Assembly: GCA_040902305.1 (NCBI GenBank)
Contig: JBBDXN010000158.1
Span: forward strand, 1 to 63,950
From: Candidatus Rokuibacteriota bacterium
GTDB taxonomy: Bacteria; Methylomirabilota; Methylomirabilia; Rokubacteriales; CSP1-6
Reading direction: 5' to 3'
Length of the DNA stretch: 63,950 bases
Numbering within the stretch: position 1 is the first letter of the stretch; each line of letters begins with the position of its first letter. Positions 39,831 through 49,802 of the stretch are shown here, piece by piece. The position numbers were made by a program, and so were the translations under genes. The notes under the pieces are model-generated. The model was not told where the DNA came from. It saw only the letters and a list, made by a program, of their open reading frames with translations, and made no database searches.

Positions 39831-41945
39831 TCACGGGGGCAGCTCGATCAACCAGAACTTTTGATCGCCCTTGATCAACCGGGTGCCCCGGCGGAAGAAG
39901 TCGGCCATCAGCTGGAGCTTGGCCACGTTCTCGTCGTGCGGGCGCCGCTCGTCCACGATGGGCGAGCGGCGGTAGTCGAGCAGGATGTCGTGACGGACCA
40001 GAAGGTGGGTGATCCCGTCGCCTCGGACGCGGCTTCGAAGCTCCTCGACCCCGGCCGCCGCGCGCACGTAGCGGGTGAGGGTATAGTCCTCGAAGATGAA
40101 ATCCGAGAAGTACGGGCGCTCCAGATGGTAGCTGTCCCGGCGCATGTCGATGAGCCAGACCGTCGCGGCCGGCGGCAGGTCGCGATTGACGACTTCGTAG
40201 AACGGATAGTAGTCGAGGCGCCGGCGGAGGAAGTCCGCTCGGCCTTCACCCCCGAGCACGACGCGCACGGGATCGAGCGTCAGGAACCAGGCCAGCACGA
40301 CGGGCACGCCGAGAGCGGCGGCGGCCAGGAGCAGCCCCCGGATTGCTCGCCCCTTCGCGCCGCCGAGCCGGGCTCCCGCCACCGCGATGGCGACGGCGAG
40401 ACCGGGCAGCGCGGGCAAGAGGTAGCGAAGCTGCTGGCTCGAGAAGAGCCAGAAGACGAACAGACCGGCCGACACCAGGACGGCCAGCCGCAGCTCGACG
40501 TCGAGGAGTTTCATCCAGAGGGCCCAGGCGAGCAGCGGCAGGGCGAAGGCGACGGTGATGCCGAGCACGCCGTCGTAAGAGGGGGGCTGATCCGGCTGGG
40601 CGGCCACCGCGAGCCGTAGGGGGGTCAGGAGATAGTCCAGTGCGGTCTGGGTGTTCCCGTAGAGCGAGAACAGGGTCTCGTAGAGCTGCGAGCGCTCGAG
40701 ATCCCAGCCGGGAGCCTGGGCGGGCCAGATGCCGAGATAGAACGGGAACAGGGGGCTGCCGGTGCGGATCCAGTTCCGCACATACCAGGGCGCGGCGAGA
40801 GCGACGCCGAGCCCGAGTGCGGCCATGGCCGATCCGGCGATCAGCGCGGTGCTCGGCCCCGCGCGCGACGATCCGGTCCCCGGCGTGAGCGACCGCAACA
40901 ATGCGAGCAGCGCCAGGGGCAGGATCACGAATGCGGCGCTGAGCTTGATGGATAGCGCGCCGCCGATGCCGACGGTGACCCAGACGAGCTGGCGCGCGGC
41001 GAGCGTGGTCCACCAGCGGCCGAAGGCGCGGACCGCCAGCACGGTGTACGCGGCGAGGGCCAGATCCACGTAGGCGCTCGCCGCGACGTCGTACGCGGTG
41101 GGCACCCACGCGACCATCAGCGCGGCCGCCGCGGCCCCGGCGCGGTCGAGGCCGCGCTCCCGGGCCCAGCCGTAGACCACCATCGTCAGCAGCGGCGCGA
41201 AGAGAAACAGCGCGGCGCCCGCCGCCGCTTCGCCGACGCGGGCGCCCAGCGGGGCGCCGAGCAGCATCGCCCAGACCGCGTGCAGCTCCACTCCGAGCGG
41301 ATAGTAGCCCGCGATGTTGTACGGGACCTCGATCCCGGCGCCTGCCGCGATGTAGGCCTTGGGGAGCGCGAAATGATACAGGAGGGTGTCCTTCGCGGTG
41401 GGTGGCGCGAGCGCCGCGATCAGAGCTAGCGCCTGCGTGGTGACGAGCAACGCCACCGCCGCCCGACCCGCGGCGCGCGCGCTCGCCCCCGGGCTGGGCC
41501 GCTCTCGCGCCAGGGCGGCGGCGGCGAGCGCGAGGCCGGCGAGCAACGCGATGACCGCGACCGGCACCCGGTAGAGGGCGGCGGCGCCGAGGAAGAACCA
41601 GACGAGCGACCACGCGGCCGCGCCGAGCAGCGTGACGCTGGCGACCTCCGTGATCGGTGCGGCCTCGCGCGGTCTCTCCGGGAGCGGGAGCCGGCGAGCG
41701 ATGGCGTCGCCGAGCCCGTACCACGCGAGGCCGATCAGGCCGGCGAGCGCGAGGCCCGCCAAGGACGCGAGGAGGCCCGCGAGGCCCCAGCCCGGCCCGC
41801 GGACGAGTGAGCCGACGAAGGAGCCGGCCAGCGCGGGCAGCCGCCCGACATCGTCACCGCGGTTCAGCAGGAAGGCCGCTGCGAGGAAGAGCCACCACGC
41901 GCCCGCGACGGCGACGACGCCGATCTCCCGGGCCGGGGCACTCAT
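39831..41945 (-). CDS. Multi-pass membrane protein, GT-C/ArnT-like glycosyltransferase
   Basis: DTLLYH, YVDL, PWYVRNW..TGSPLFP, RYLLP motifs and many TM segments. Confidence 0.6.
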   Translation of the reverse strand: MSAPAREIGVVAVAGAWWLFLAAAFLLNRGDDVGRLPALAGSFVGSLVRGPGWGLAGLLASLAGLALAGLIGLAWYGLGDAIARRLPLPERPREAAPITEVASVTLLGAAAWSLVWFFLGAAALYRVPVAVIALLAGLALAAAALARERPSPGASARAAGRAAVALLVTTQALALIAALAPPTAKDTLLYHFALPKAYIAAGAGIEVPYNIAGYYPLGVELHAVWAMLLGAPLGARVGEAAAGAALFLFAPLLTMVVYGWARERGLDRAGAAAAALMVAWVPTAYDVAASAYVDLALAAYTVLAVRAFGRWWTTLAARQLVWVTVGIGGALSIKLSAAFVILPLALLALLRSLTPGTGSSRAGPSTALIAGSAMAALGLGVALAAPWYVRNWIRTGSPLFPFYLGIWPAQAPGWDLERSQLYETLFSLYGNTQTALDYLLTPLRLAVAAQPDQPPSYDGVLGITVAFALPLLAWALWMKLLDVELRLAVLVSAGLFVFWLFSSQQLRYLLPALPGLAVAIAVAGARLGGAKGRAIRGLLLAAAALGVPVVLAWFLTLDPVRVVLGGEGRADFLRRRLDYYPFYEVVNRDLPPAATVWLIDMRRDSYHLERPYFSDFIFEDYTLTRYVRAAAGVEELRSRVRGDGITHLLVRHDILLDYRRSPIVDERRPHDENVAKLQLMADFFRRGTRLIKGDQKFWLIELPP

Positions 41946-41951
41946 GCCCGG

Positions 41952-43574
41952 TCAGCCGGCCGCGACACCTCGCCCGGGCGCCAGGACGTAGCCTTGCTGG
42001 AGATCGCGCGCGCGCAGGGCCGGATCGCGCTCGGCGGGGTCCCCGTACCCGCCGCCGCCCGGCAGCAACACCTCGACCAGATCGCCCGGCCGCAGCGTCT
42101 GCTCGGCCTTGGGATTCGCGGGCGCGCGCCCGTTGATCAGCACCTGGCCGGGGAGGCCGGGACGGCCGCCGAAGAAACCCTGGGCCGGGATGCGGGTGCG
42201 ATCGCAGAGCACCGAGCAGGTCGCCGGCTCGTCGGAGCGCACGCGGAACGCGATGACCTGCCCGAGCCCGCCGCGGTAGCGCCCGTCGCCCCCCGAGCCG
42301 TCGCGCAGGGCCTTCCGCTCGATCAGGAGTGGGGCGAGCGACTCGACGACCTCCACCGGGGTGCCGAGCACGCCGGACGGGAACGCGGTGGCGGAGAGGC
42401 CGTCTTGCTGAGGGCGGGCCCCCGTGCCACCCGAGCTGAAGAAGGTGTAGACCCAGGGCGTGCGGTCGGCGTGCTTGCCCGTGAGCTGCAGCCCCCAGAT
42501 GTTGGCGGAGCCTTCGGCCATCACCCGGTCCGGCAGCGCGTCTTTCAGTGCTCCCGCCACCGCGTGGGGCAGGAAGTGGCCGATGATGTGCCGGGCGGCG
42601 ACCGGAGCGGGATGGCGCACGTTCAGGATGGATCCCTCGGGCGCGGTGATACGGAGGACCCGGAAGGCCCCCTCGTTGTTGGGGACGTCGGGGCTCACGA
42701 TGACCTTCACCCCGTACGTGGTGTAGGCCTCCGTGTAGTTCATCACCACGTTGATGCCGCGCCGGCTGGCCGGAGAGGAGCCGGTGAAGTCCACCCAGAG
42801 GCTATCGCCGGCTATTTCGCAGCGCACCGCGATGGCGATCGGCTCGTCGAAGCCGTCGGAGGTCAGCGAGTAGCGGTACTCGCCGGGGCGGAGCGCCGCG
42901 ATCGCCTGGCGCATGGCGCGCTCGGTGCGCGCGATGATCTCGTCGGCGAGGGGCTCCAGCCGGTCGAGGCCGAACTCCTCCATGAACTCGAGCAGCCGCT
43001 CGCCCCCCACGCTGCCGCCGGCAACCTGGGCGTGGAAGTCGCCCATGACCAGATCCGGAACGCGGGTATTGGCCCGGATGATCGCGGCCAGCGACTCGTT
43101 GAGCCGCCCGGCCTCGTAGAGCTTCATGATCGGGATGAAGAGCCCTTCCTCGTAGACTTCACGGGCCTCGGCCGAGAGGACGTGGCCGCCGATGTCGGCG
43201 CTGTGACAGGTGGAAGCGAAGAAGGCGATGCAGTCCCGCCCACGGAAGACCGGATTGCAGACCGTGACGTCGTTGAGGTGTCCCGAGGTCTTCCACGGAT
43301 CGTTGGTGATGAGCACGTCGCCGGGCCCGAGGGTCTCGATCGGGTACGCGGCCAGGAAGTGCTTCATGGCCAGGGCCATCGAATTGATGTGTCCGGGTGT
43401 GCCGGTGACCGCCTGGGCGATCATGTACCCGCGGCGGTCGAAGACGCCCGCGGAGAGGTCGCCCGCCTCGCGCACGATGGACGTGAACGAGGTGCGCATG
43501 AGCGCGGCCGCCTGCTCGTTGACGACCCCGATCAGCCGGTTCCAGCAGATGTCGAGCGTGATCGGGTCCATCAT
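41952..43574 (-). CDS. Hydantoinase B/5-oxoprolinase subunit
   Basis: RTSFTSIVREAGD, NDPW..GHLND, H.ADIGG, GSGGDGRYRGG, PGGGGYGDP; start at ATG 43574. Confidence 0.9.
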   Translation of the reverse strand: MMDPITLDICWNRLIGVVNEQAAALMRTSFTSIVREAGDLSAGVFDRRGYMIAQAVTGTPGHINSMALAMKHFLAAYPIETLGPGDVLITNDPWKTSGHLNDVTVCNPVFRGRDCIAFFASTCHSADIGGHVLSAEAREVYEEGLFIPIMKLYEAGRLNESLAAIIRANTRVPDLVMGDFHAQVAGGSVGGERLLEFMEEFGLDRLEPLADEIIARTERAMRQAIAALRPGEYRYSLTSDGFDEPIAIAVRCEIAGDSLWVDFTGSSPASRRGINVVMNYTEAYTTYGVKVIVSPDVPNNEGAFRVLRITAPEGSILNVRHPAPVAARHIIGHFLPHAVAGALKDALPDRVMAEGSANIWGLQLTGKHADRTPWVYTFFSSGGTGARPQQDGLSATAFPSGVLGTPVEVVESLAPLLIERKALRDGSGGDGRYRGGLGQVIAFRVRSDEPATCSVLCDRTRIPAQGFFGGRPGLPGQVLINGRAPANPKAEQTLRPGDLVEVLLPGGGGYGDPAERDPALRARDLQQGYVLAPGRGVAAG

Positions 43575-45682
43575 CGGGTCTCCGTGCCCGCCGGCTCGGC
43601 GATCAGCGTGCGCTGCGCATCCACCGTGACCACTGCGCCCGGCCCGATGACGGTGGTTGCTTCGCGCTCCTCGACGATGGCCGGCCCTTCGAGGCTCGCT
43701 CCCGGGCCGAGCGCGTACCGGTCGTACACCGGGGTCTGGAGGTACCCGCGGGCCTCGGGGAAGTAGGCGGCGCGGTGCGTCTTGGGAGCCGGCGCGGTGG
43801 CGGTGCCGGGCTCCAGCCCTCCGGCTATCGTGAGATCCGGCCGAGGGCCGGAGACGACGGCGCGCCAGTTGAGCGCCTCCAGCGGCACGCCCTGCGGCGT
43901 CCGGCTGTAGAGCAGGCGATAGGCGGCCTCGAACGAGGCCGCGATCGCTCCCAGGCTCTGGGGGCCGAGCGGCCCCGCCGGGACCTCCACGTCCACCTCG
44001 TGGCCCTGGCCCAGGTAGCGCATCTCGGCGCTCCGGCGCACGGTGACGTCCCGATCGGCCACCCCGGCGCCGCGGACGATGCGCCGTCCCTCCGATTCCA
44101 TCTCCTCGAAGAGGCGGTTGATCAGGGTCCAGTCCGGCGCGGCCATGGCCTGCGGCGCGGTCCGCACGAAGTCGAAGGCCAGCGGCGCGGCCAGGAGCCC
44201 GTACGCCGAGAGCGCGCCGGCCCCGAAGGGCACGAGCACGCGGGGCACGCGAAGGATGCGTCCCACCTGCCAGGCGTGCACCGGACCCGCGCCGCCGAAG
44301 GCGAAGAGCGGATAGCCGCGCAGATCCTTGCCGCGCTCGATGCCGTGCACGCGCGCGGCCCCCGCCATGTTCTCGTTGACCACTCGATGAATCCCCCAGG
44401 CGGCTTCGGTGACCTCGAGCCCCATCGGACCGGCGACGCGCTCCAGGACCGCCCGGCGCGCCGCGTCCACGTCGAGCCGCATGCGGCCGCCCAGGAAGAA
44501 GTCCGGGTCGAGATAGCCCAGGAGCAGATCCGCGTCGGTGACCGTCGGCTCGCGGCCCCCGAGCCCGTAGCACGCCGGGCCCGGGTCCGCCCCCGCGCTG
44601 TCCGGCCCGACCTTGAGGAGTCCCATGCGGTCCACCCGCGCGATGGAGCCGCCCCCGGCGCCGATCTCGATCAGCTCCACCACCGGCACGCGGATGGGCA
44701 GCCCGGATCCCTTCTTGAACCGGTCCGCCCGCGCCACCTCGAACTCGCGCGCGAGCAACGGCTCGCCGCGGTCGATGACGCAGGCCTTGGCGGTGGTGCC
44801 GCCCATGTCGAAGGAGAGGAGGCGCTCCAGGCCGGCCTGCCGCGCCATGCGCGCGGCGGCGAGCGCTCCCGCGGCCGGTCCCGACTCCACGAGGCGGATC
44901 GGCACGCGCTTGGCCGTCTCGGGCGTGGCGATGCCGCCGGCCGACATCATGACGTAGAGCCGGCCCGGGATGCCGAGCCCCTGGAGCTTGCGCTCGAGGT
45001 CGTCCAGGTAGCGCGCCATCAGGGGCATCACGTAGACGTTGGCGGTGGTGGTGGACGTGCGCTCGTACTCGCGGATCTCCGGCACCACCTCGGAGGAGCA
45101 GGACACCGGCACCCCGGGCGCGAGCTCCGCGCAGAGGCGGGCCAGCGCCCGCTCGTGCACCGGGTTCCGGTAGGCGTGCAGCAGGCAGATGGCGATGGCT
45201 TCCACGCCGAGGGCACGGAGCTGATCCACCGCGCCGCGCGCCTGCGCCTCGTCCAGAGGCCGGAGCACGGAGCCGTCGGCCTGCACGCGCTCGGCCACCT
45301 CGACCCGGAGCTGGCGCGGCACGAGCGGCACCGGCGGGTCGATGAACAGGTCGTACATGTCGTAGCGGCCTTCGCGGCCGATCTCGACCGCGTCCCGGAA
45401 CCCGGCGGTGGTGAGCAGCCCCACCCGCGCTCCCTTGCGCTCGATCAGCGCGTTGGTGGCGAGCGTGGTGCCGTGGATCAGCGCGCGCACCGCGGTGGTG
45501 GCGGCGCCCGCCTCGTGCAGCAGGGTCACCACGCCTTCCTCGACGGCCTGCGACGGATCCTTCGGGGTGGTCAGCAGCTTGCCCACGCGGACGGCACCGG
45601 TGGCCTCGTCCACCCAGACCAGGTCGGTGAAGGTGCCGCCGATGTCGACGCCGATCCGCGATGGGTTGGAGCTGGTCGCCAT
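43571..45682 (-). CDS. Hydantoinase A/5-oxoprolinase subunit
   Basis: GVDIGGTFTD, HGTTLATNA, ESGPAAG, DMGGTT, IGAGGGS. Confidence 0.92.
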   Translation of the reverse strand: MATSSNPSRIGVDIGGTFTDLVWVDEATGAVRVGKLLTTPKDPSQAVEEGVVTLLHEAGAATTAVRALIHGTTLATNALIERKGARVGLLTTAGFRDAVEIGREGRYDMYDLFIDPPVPLVPRQLRVEVAERVQADGSVLRPLDEAQARGAVDQLRALGVEAIAICLLHAYRNPVHERALARLCAELAPGVPVSCSSEVVPEIREYERTSTTTANVYVMPLMARYLDDLERKLQGLGIPGRLYVMMSAGGIATPETAKRVPIRLVESGPAAGALAAARMARQAGLERLLSFDMGGTTAKACVIDRGEPLLAREFEVARADRFKKGSGLPIRVPVVELIEIGAGGGSIARVDRMGLLKVGPDSAGADPGPACYGLGGREPTVTDADLLLGYLDPDFFLGGRMRLDVDAARRAVLERVAGPMGLEVTEAAWGIHRVVNENMAGAARVHGIERGKDLRGYPLFAFGGAGPVHAWQVGRILRVPRVLVPFGAGALSAYGLLAAPLAFDFVRTAPQAMAAPDWTLINRLFEEMESEGRRIVRGAGVADRDVTVRRSAEMRYLGQGHEVDVEVPAGPLGPQSLGAIAASFEAAYRLLYSRTPQGVPLEALNWRAVVSGPRPDLTIAGGLEPGTATAPAPKTHRAAYFPEARGYLQTPVYDRYALGPGASLEGPAIVEEREATTVIGPGAVVTVDAQRTLIAEPAGTETR

Positions 45683-45754
45683 TCTGTCTACCTCACGTGG
45701 GGATTCGCTGCCGTGACCGTTGCGGAAGAAAGTCTACACCGAAACAGCGGATAG

Positions 45755-47638
45755 TTACCGGATCTCCTGCTCGACGAGACGGGCGAGCCGGGGATCGATG
45801 CGGGCCAGGATGGCGATCTGTGCGCGCGCGGCGGTCCGATCACCGCGCGCCAGGTGCGCCCGGGCCAGCCCGAGCCGGGCGATAGGGTCCACCGGGTCGA
45901 CCGCGATCGCCCGCTCGAACGCGGCCCGGGCCGGCTCGGTGCGGTCCTCGGCGAGGAAGGCCCGGCCCAGCGCGTTGAGGCCGGCCACCGAGTCCGGTTT
46001 GATGCGCAGCGCGTGCTCGAGGTGGGCGATCGCCTCGCCGGTGAGGCCGTCCTCGATGAGGGTGATGCCCAGATTGACGCGCGCGTTGACGTCGCGCGGA
46101 TCGTGGGTGAGGCGATACCGCAGCCTGGCCAGACCTTCTGGGCGTCGGCCCATCTCCAACAGCAGGAGGCCGTAGTTGCCCTGGAACTCGGAGCGGTCCG
46201 GGCGCAGCGCGATCGCCCGCTCGAACAGGGCCTGGCCCTCGGCTCGATCCCCGCGCCGGCCGAGGATGATGGCGAGATTGTGCTGGCAGATGGCACAGTC
46301 CGGATCGACCTCGATGGCGTAGCGCCAGAGTGTCTCCGAGTCGTGCCACACCGACGCCTGGACTCTCGACGTCATCGCCAGCCCGCCGATCCAGACCGCC
46401 ACGACCCCGAGGGCCATGGCCACGATGGGAGTGCGGAACATGCCCCGGCGGCCGGCGAGGAGGACGGCGCTGGCGAACCCGCCCACCAGGAGCGCGAAGC
46501 CGGCGCACGGGATGTAAGTGTTGCGATCCGCGCCCAGATGATTCCCGGTGTGGACGACTCCGGTCACCGGGGCGAGCATCACCAGGTAGAAAGCCCAGAC
46601 CGCGAGGCCCGCCGGCCACTGCCGGCGGAGCAGCCACAGCGCGGCGGTGATCAACAGGCCTCCGGCCGCGCTCAGCAGGTAGGGAAGCTCGAGCGGATTC
46701 ACCCGCACCGGCAGCTCGTAGATCGGGCCAAGGTTCAGGGGGGCCACGGTCTTCCAGGCATGGAACCAGACGTTGTAGGCGACCATGCCGATCCGGGACA
46801 CCGGGTCGGCCGGGGTCAGATAACCGGTGCTGCGCTGGACCAGGAACGCGGCGGCTGCGGCGCCTCCCGCGAGCAGCACGAACGGAATCTTCTCGCGCCA
46901 GACCGGCCAGGCGCGGCCACTGACCCAGTCGCGAACGCTCGGGCCCAGGCGACGCAGGGGGTAGACGTCGAGGATGAGCAGCGCCAGCGGCAGGCCCATC
47001 ACGATCGCCTTGGACGCGAGCGCGAGGGCGGCGAAGATCACCGCGGCCCACCGCCACCCCGCCCTCACGTCGGGGAGCCGCTCGTGAGCCTTCAGGTAAG
47101 CCAGGATGGTCAGCAGAAAGAAGAAGCCCGAAGTCAGGTCTCGCCGCTCCGTGATCCAGGCGACCGACTCCACCCGTAGCGGGTGCAACGCGAAGAAGAG
47201 CGCGGCCACAACGGCGCCGAGGCTGCGCGCCCCGGCCGAGGCCGCCGGCATCGCGAGCCCCAGCAGGCGGCGCGAGATGAAATAGAACAAAGCCCCGCTG
47301 GCCGCGTGCAGCAGGAGGTTGGTCAGGTGATATCCGAACGGGTTCATGCCCCACACCGCGAAGTCGGCGCCGAGCGTCAGCCAGGTCACGGGTATCCAGT
47401 GCCCCATCACGTTCGCGGTCAGCATCCAGCGAAGCTGCTGCCACCCGAGACCCCGGTAGTACGGGTTCTCGAGGAAGTTGATCGAGTCGTCCCAGTCCAG
47501 AAAACCGGCCTGGAGGACGGGTAGAAAGACGGCGATGGTGACGAGCGCGATCCCGATGGGGACGGCGCCGGCGACGCTCCGGGTGAGCAAGGACGGCGCG
47601 GACCGAAGATCGGCGGCGCCGGGGGGACGCAGCATCAC
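45755..47638 (-). CDS. TMTC-like membrane protein (GT-C domain plus C-terminal TPRs)
   Basis: WDD..NPY, GYHLTNLLLH, LHPLRVESVAWITERRD, C-terminal TPR repeats. Confidence 0.75.
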   Translation of the reverse strand: MMLRPPGAADLRSAPSLLTRSVAGAVPIGIALVTIAVFLPVLQAGFLDWDDSINFLENPYYRGLGWQQLRWMLTANVMGHWIPVTWLTLGADFAVWGMNPFGYHLTNLLLHAASGALFYFISRRLLGLAMPAASAGARSLGAVVAALFFALHPLRVESVAWITERRDLTSGFFFLLTILAYLKAHERLPDVRAGWRWAAVIFAALALASKAIVMGLPLALLILDVYPLRRLGPSVRDWVSGRAWPVWREKIPFVLLAGGAAAAAFLVQRSTGYLTPADPVSRIGMVAYNVWFHAWKTVAPLNLGPIYELPVRVNPLELPYLLSAAGGLLITAALWLLRRQWPAGLAVWAFYLVMLAPVTGVVHTGNHLGADRNTYIPCAGFALLVGGFASAVLLAGRRGMFRTPIVAMALGVVAVWIGGLAMTSRVQASVWHDSETLWRYAIEVDPDCAICQHNLAIILGRRGDRAEGQALFERAIALRPDRSEFQGNYGLLLLEMGRRPEGLARLRYRLTHDPRDVNARVNLGITLIEDGLTGEAIAHLEHALRIKPDSVAGLNALGRAFLAEDRTEPARAAFERAIAVDPVDPIARLGLARAHLARGDRTAARAQIAILARIDPRLARLVEQEIR

Positions 47639-47656
47639 GGCATCGACGCGCCGCGG

Positions 47657-48103
47657 CTACGCACCCGTCGATCTCAGGTGGCGGAACGCCTCGAGGCCGG
47701 CGGTTCCCACCGCCGTATCCTGGTCGCCGTTCCCGCCGCTGATACCGATCCCGCCGACCACGTCGCCGTCCACCTCGATGGGGAAGCCTCCGACGAAGAC
47801 GGCGAACCGGCCGGGATGCATGGCGTGGATGCCGAAGGCTTCGTTGCCGGGCAGGGCCGGACCGCTCGGCGGTTGATTGAACTTGTGGGTAGCCCGCTGG
47901 TGCCCGGCGGCGGTGAAGGCCTTGGCGATGGCGATCTCCACGCCGGTGATGCGCGCGCCCGTCATCCGGTGGAGCGCGATGGGATGGCCGCCATCGTCGC
48001 ACACGCAGATCGTCTCGGTGACCCCGATCTCGCGCGCCTTCGCCTCGGCGGCGCCGAGCAGCACGAGCGCGTCCTCCAGGGTGAGGCGCTTGACCGTGAT
48101 CAC
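47657..48103 (-). CDS. GlcG/HbpS-family heme-binding protein
   Basis: AIAKAFTA, GGFPI..G.VVGGIGISGG..DQD; GTG 48103 overlaps the Rieske gene stop. Confidence 0.85.
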   Translation of the reverse strand: MITVKRLTLEDALVLLGAAEAKAREIGVTETICVCDDGGHPIALHRMTGARITGVEIAIAKAFTAAGHQRATHKFNQPPSGPALPGNEAFGIHAMHPGRFAVFVGGFPIEVDGDVVGGIGISGGNGDQDTAVGTAGLEAFRHLRSTGA

Positions 48104-48411
48104 GGCAGCTTCACGAAGATCGCGCCCGCATCCACGCGCACCGGATAGACCGGCACGCTCGCGCCCCGGCCCGGGAAGAGGCACTGGCCGGTGCGCACGT
48201 CGTACATCCAGCCGTGCCACGGACAGGCCAGCCGGTTGCCGTTGAGCTTGCCGTCGCTCAGGGGGCCGCCACGGTGCGAGCACACGTCGCCGCAGGCGTA
48301 GACTGCGTCGCCGATCCGGGTGAGCACGATCCGGGTGCCATCGAGGTCCACCAGCTTCGGCTGCCCGGCTGCCACCTCGTCCAGCGAGGCGACCCGCCGG
48401 GGCTCGCTCAC
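48100..48411 (-). CDS. Rieske [2Fe-2S] ferredoxin
   Basis: CSH..GPL..G...CPWHGW.YD. Confidence 0.9.
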   Translation of the reverse strand: MSEPRRVASLDEVAAGQPKLVDLDGTRIVLTRIGDAVYACGDVCSHRGGPLSDGKLNGNRLACPWHGWMYDVRTGQCLFPGRGASVPVYPVRVDAGAIFVKLP

Positions 48412-49091
48412 ACGTCTTCCTTGAGGACGAACGCGCGATGGAGACCCGTCATGTACTGCCAGCGCATCTCGGTGGCCTCGCGCACCGCCAAGGCGGCCTC
48501 GCGCTGCTTCTCGGGCGTCGTGCTGTGCCGCTCCACGATCTGATATCCGCGCTCGCCGTGCACCTCGTCGGCCTCGATGTGGATCGCGAAGAACTCCACC
48601 TCGTGGTCGGTGAAGCCGTAGTGGGTCTTGAGCGGCGGGAGATTACGCCGGTAGATGCCCGGCACCTGCGACTCGAGGCCGACGAGCAGGCCGGCCGCCG
48701 CGACGTGGAAGGGCTGGCGCGCGGTCTCGTAGCACCACGCGGTCAGGCCGCGCGTGCTCGGCAGCTGCCGCGCGCTCTCGACCTCGGCCCGGCTCACCCC
48801 GCACGCCTCGCCGAAGCGGATCAGGAGATCGACGTGCTTGGTACCGGACTCCTCCTCGATGATGTTCTCGAGCAGGAAGTCGCGCGCGTCCGGGTCCGGG
48901 CAGCCGCCGTAGACGAGGGCGCACCAGCGCGCGAACTGCGAGACGTACTGGTAGTGCTGGCACACCCACGAGCCCAGCTGGGCGCGCGTCAGCTCGCCGT
49001 TCACCCACTTCTCGGTGAACGGGTTCAGCCGGCTGTGCCGGGCGTTGACCGCCTGCTCGAGCTGGGTGCGGAACGGGCTCATGGTCGTCAT
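48408..49091 (-). CDS. Heme-oxygenase-like diiron enzyme (CADD/PqqC/TenA superfamily)
   Basis: ENIIEEE...H, ESQ.P, H..AD..H diiron ligand set. Confidence 0.8.
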   Translation of the reverse strand: MTTMSPFRTQLEQAVNARHSRLNPFTEKWVNGELTRAQLGSWVCQHYQYVSQFARWCALVYGGCPDPDARDFLLENIIEEESGTKHVDLLIRFGEACGVSRAEVESARQLPSTRGLTAWCYETARQPFHVAAAGLLVGLESQVPGIYRRNLPPLKTHYGFTDHEVEFFAIHIEADEVHGERGYQIVERHSTTPEKQREAALAVREATEMRWQYMTGLHRAFVLKEDV

Positions 49092-49115
49092 GGCGTGGCT
49101 CCGTGCGCGATCGCG

Positions 49116-49619
49116 CTAGCTGCGCGGATCGGTCTGGCCCAGCAGGGCCTGCGTCTGCGCGTCGCGGTACTTCCGCAGCGCGGCGCGGATCTGGGGATGC
49201 TTGTTGGCCAGGATGGCCGCGGCGAGCAGCCCGGCATTCGTGGCCCCCGCGTTGCCGATGGCCAGCGTGCCGACCGGGATACCCGCGGGCATCTGCACGG
49301 TGGACAGCAGCGAGTCCATCCCGTTGAGCGCCTTGGACTGGATCGGCACGCCCAGGACCGGCAGCAAGGTGCGGGCCGCGCTCACGCCGGCCAGGTGCGC
49401 GGCCCCGCCGGCCCCCGCGATGATGACCTCGAGTCCCCGTGCCTCCGCGCCGCTCACGTACTCGTCCACGAGCGCGGGGGTCCGGTGGGCCGACATGACG
49501 TTGACCTCGTACGCGATGCCGAGCGCGTCCAGAGCCTTCGCCGCGTTCGCCATCGTCTCCCAGTCGGACTTCGAACCCATGAGGATGCCCACGAGCGGCG
49601 CGGCCGGTCCTGGCGGCAT
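49116..49619 (-). CDS. purE: N5-carboxyaminoimidazole ribonucleotide mutase
   Basis: [31 protein letters not shown]; start approximate. Confidence 0.95.
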   Translation of the reverse strand: MPPGPAAPLVGILMGSKSDWETMANAAKALDALGIAYEVNVMSAHRTPALVDEYVSGAEARGLEVIIAGAGGAAHLAGVSAARTLLPVLGVPIQSKALNGMDSLLSTVQMPAGIPVGTLAIGNAGATNAGLLAAAILANKHPQIRAALRKYRDAQTQALLGQTDPRS

Positions 49620-49685
49620 GGGGAGCCATTCTAGCAAGGGGTCGCAGACCGTGGCCGTTCCTTTGCGTCTGTTCGCACGCTCTCC

Positions 49686-49702
49686 TTGGCATGTCCGATG
49701 CA
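49686..49702 (+). promoter_or_regulatory. Candidate sigma54 promoter for the sugar operon
   Basis: TTGGCATGTCCGATGCA with exact GG-N10-GC spacing; one mismatch in the -12 box. Confidence 0.4.
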
Positions 49703-49761
49703 AGTTGTGCGTGCTCCACGGCGCCGCGCTGCCAGATACGCAGCGGGTCACCGGGCCGGTT

Positions 49762-49802
49762 CATGACTCAACTAGTTAATGAATAAGGTATTTTTAGTCA
49801 TG
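49762..49802. promoter_or_regulatory. AT-rich segment bounded by the inverted repeat CATGACT/AGTCATG
   Basis: Sharp AT-rich island in GC-rich DNA; internal palindrome AACTAGTT at 49770-49777. Confidence 0.4.

Noticed and set aside
41952-44573. 873-aa ORF suggesting a long N-terminal extension on hydantoinase B
   Set aside because: The upstream part overlaps hydantoinase A in another frame; the real start is MMDPITL at 43574 with an ATGA overlap
48408-49091. Annotating the diiron protein as PqqC or as a pABA synthase
   Set aside because: No other pqq genes are present and the CADD sacrificial Tyr/Lys positions appear substituted
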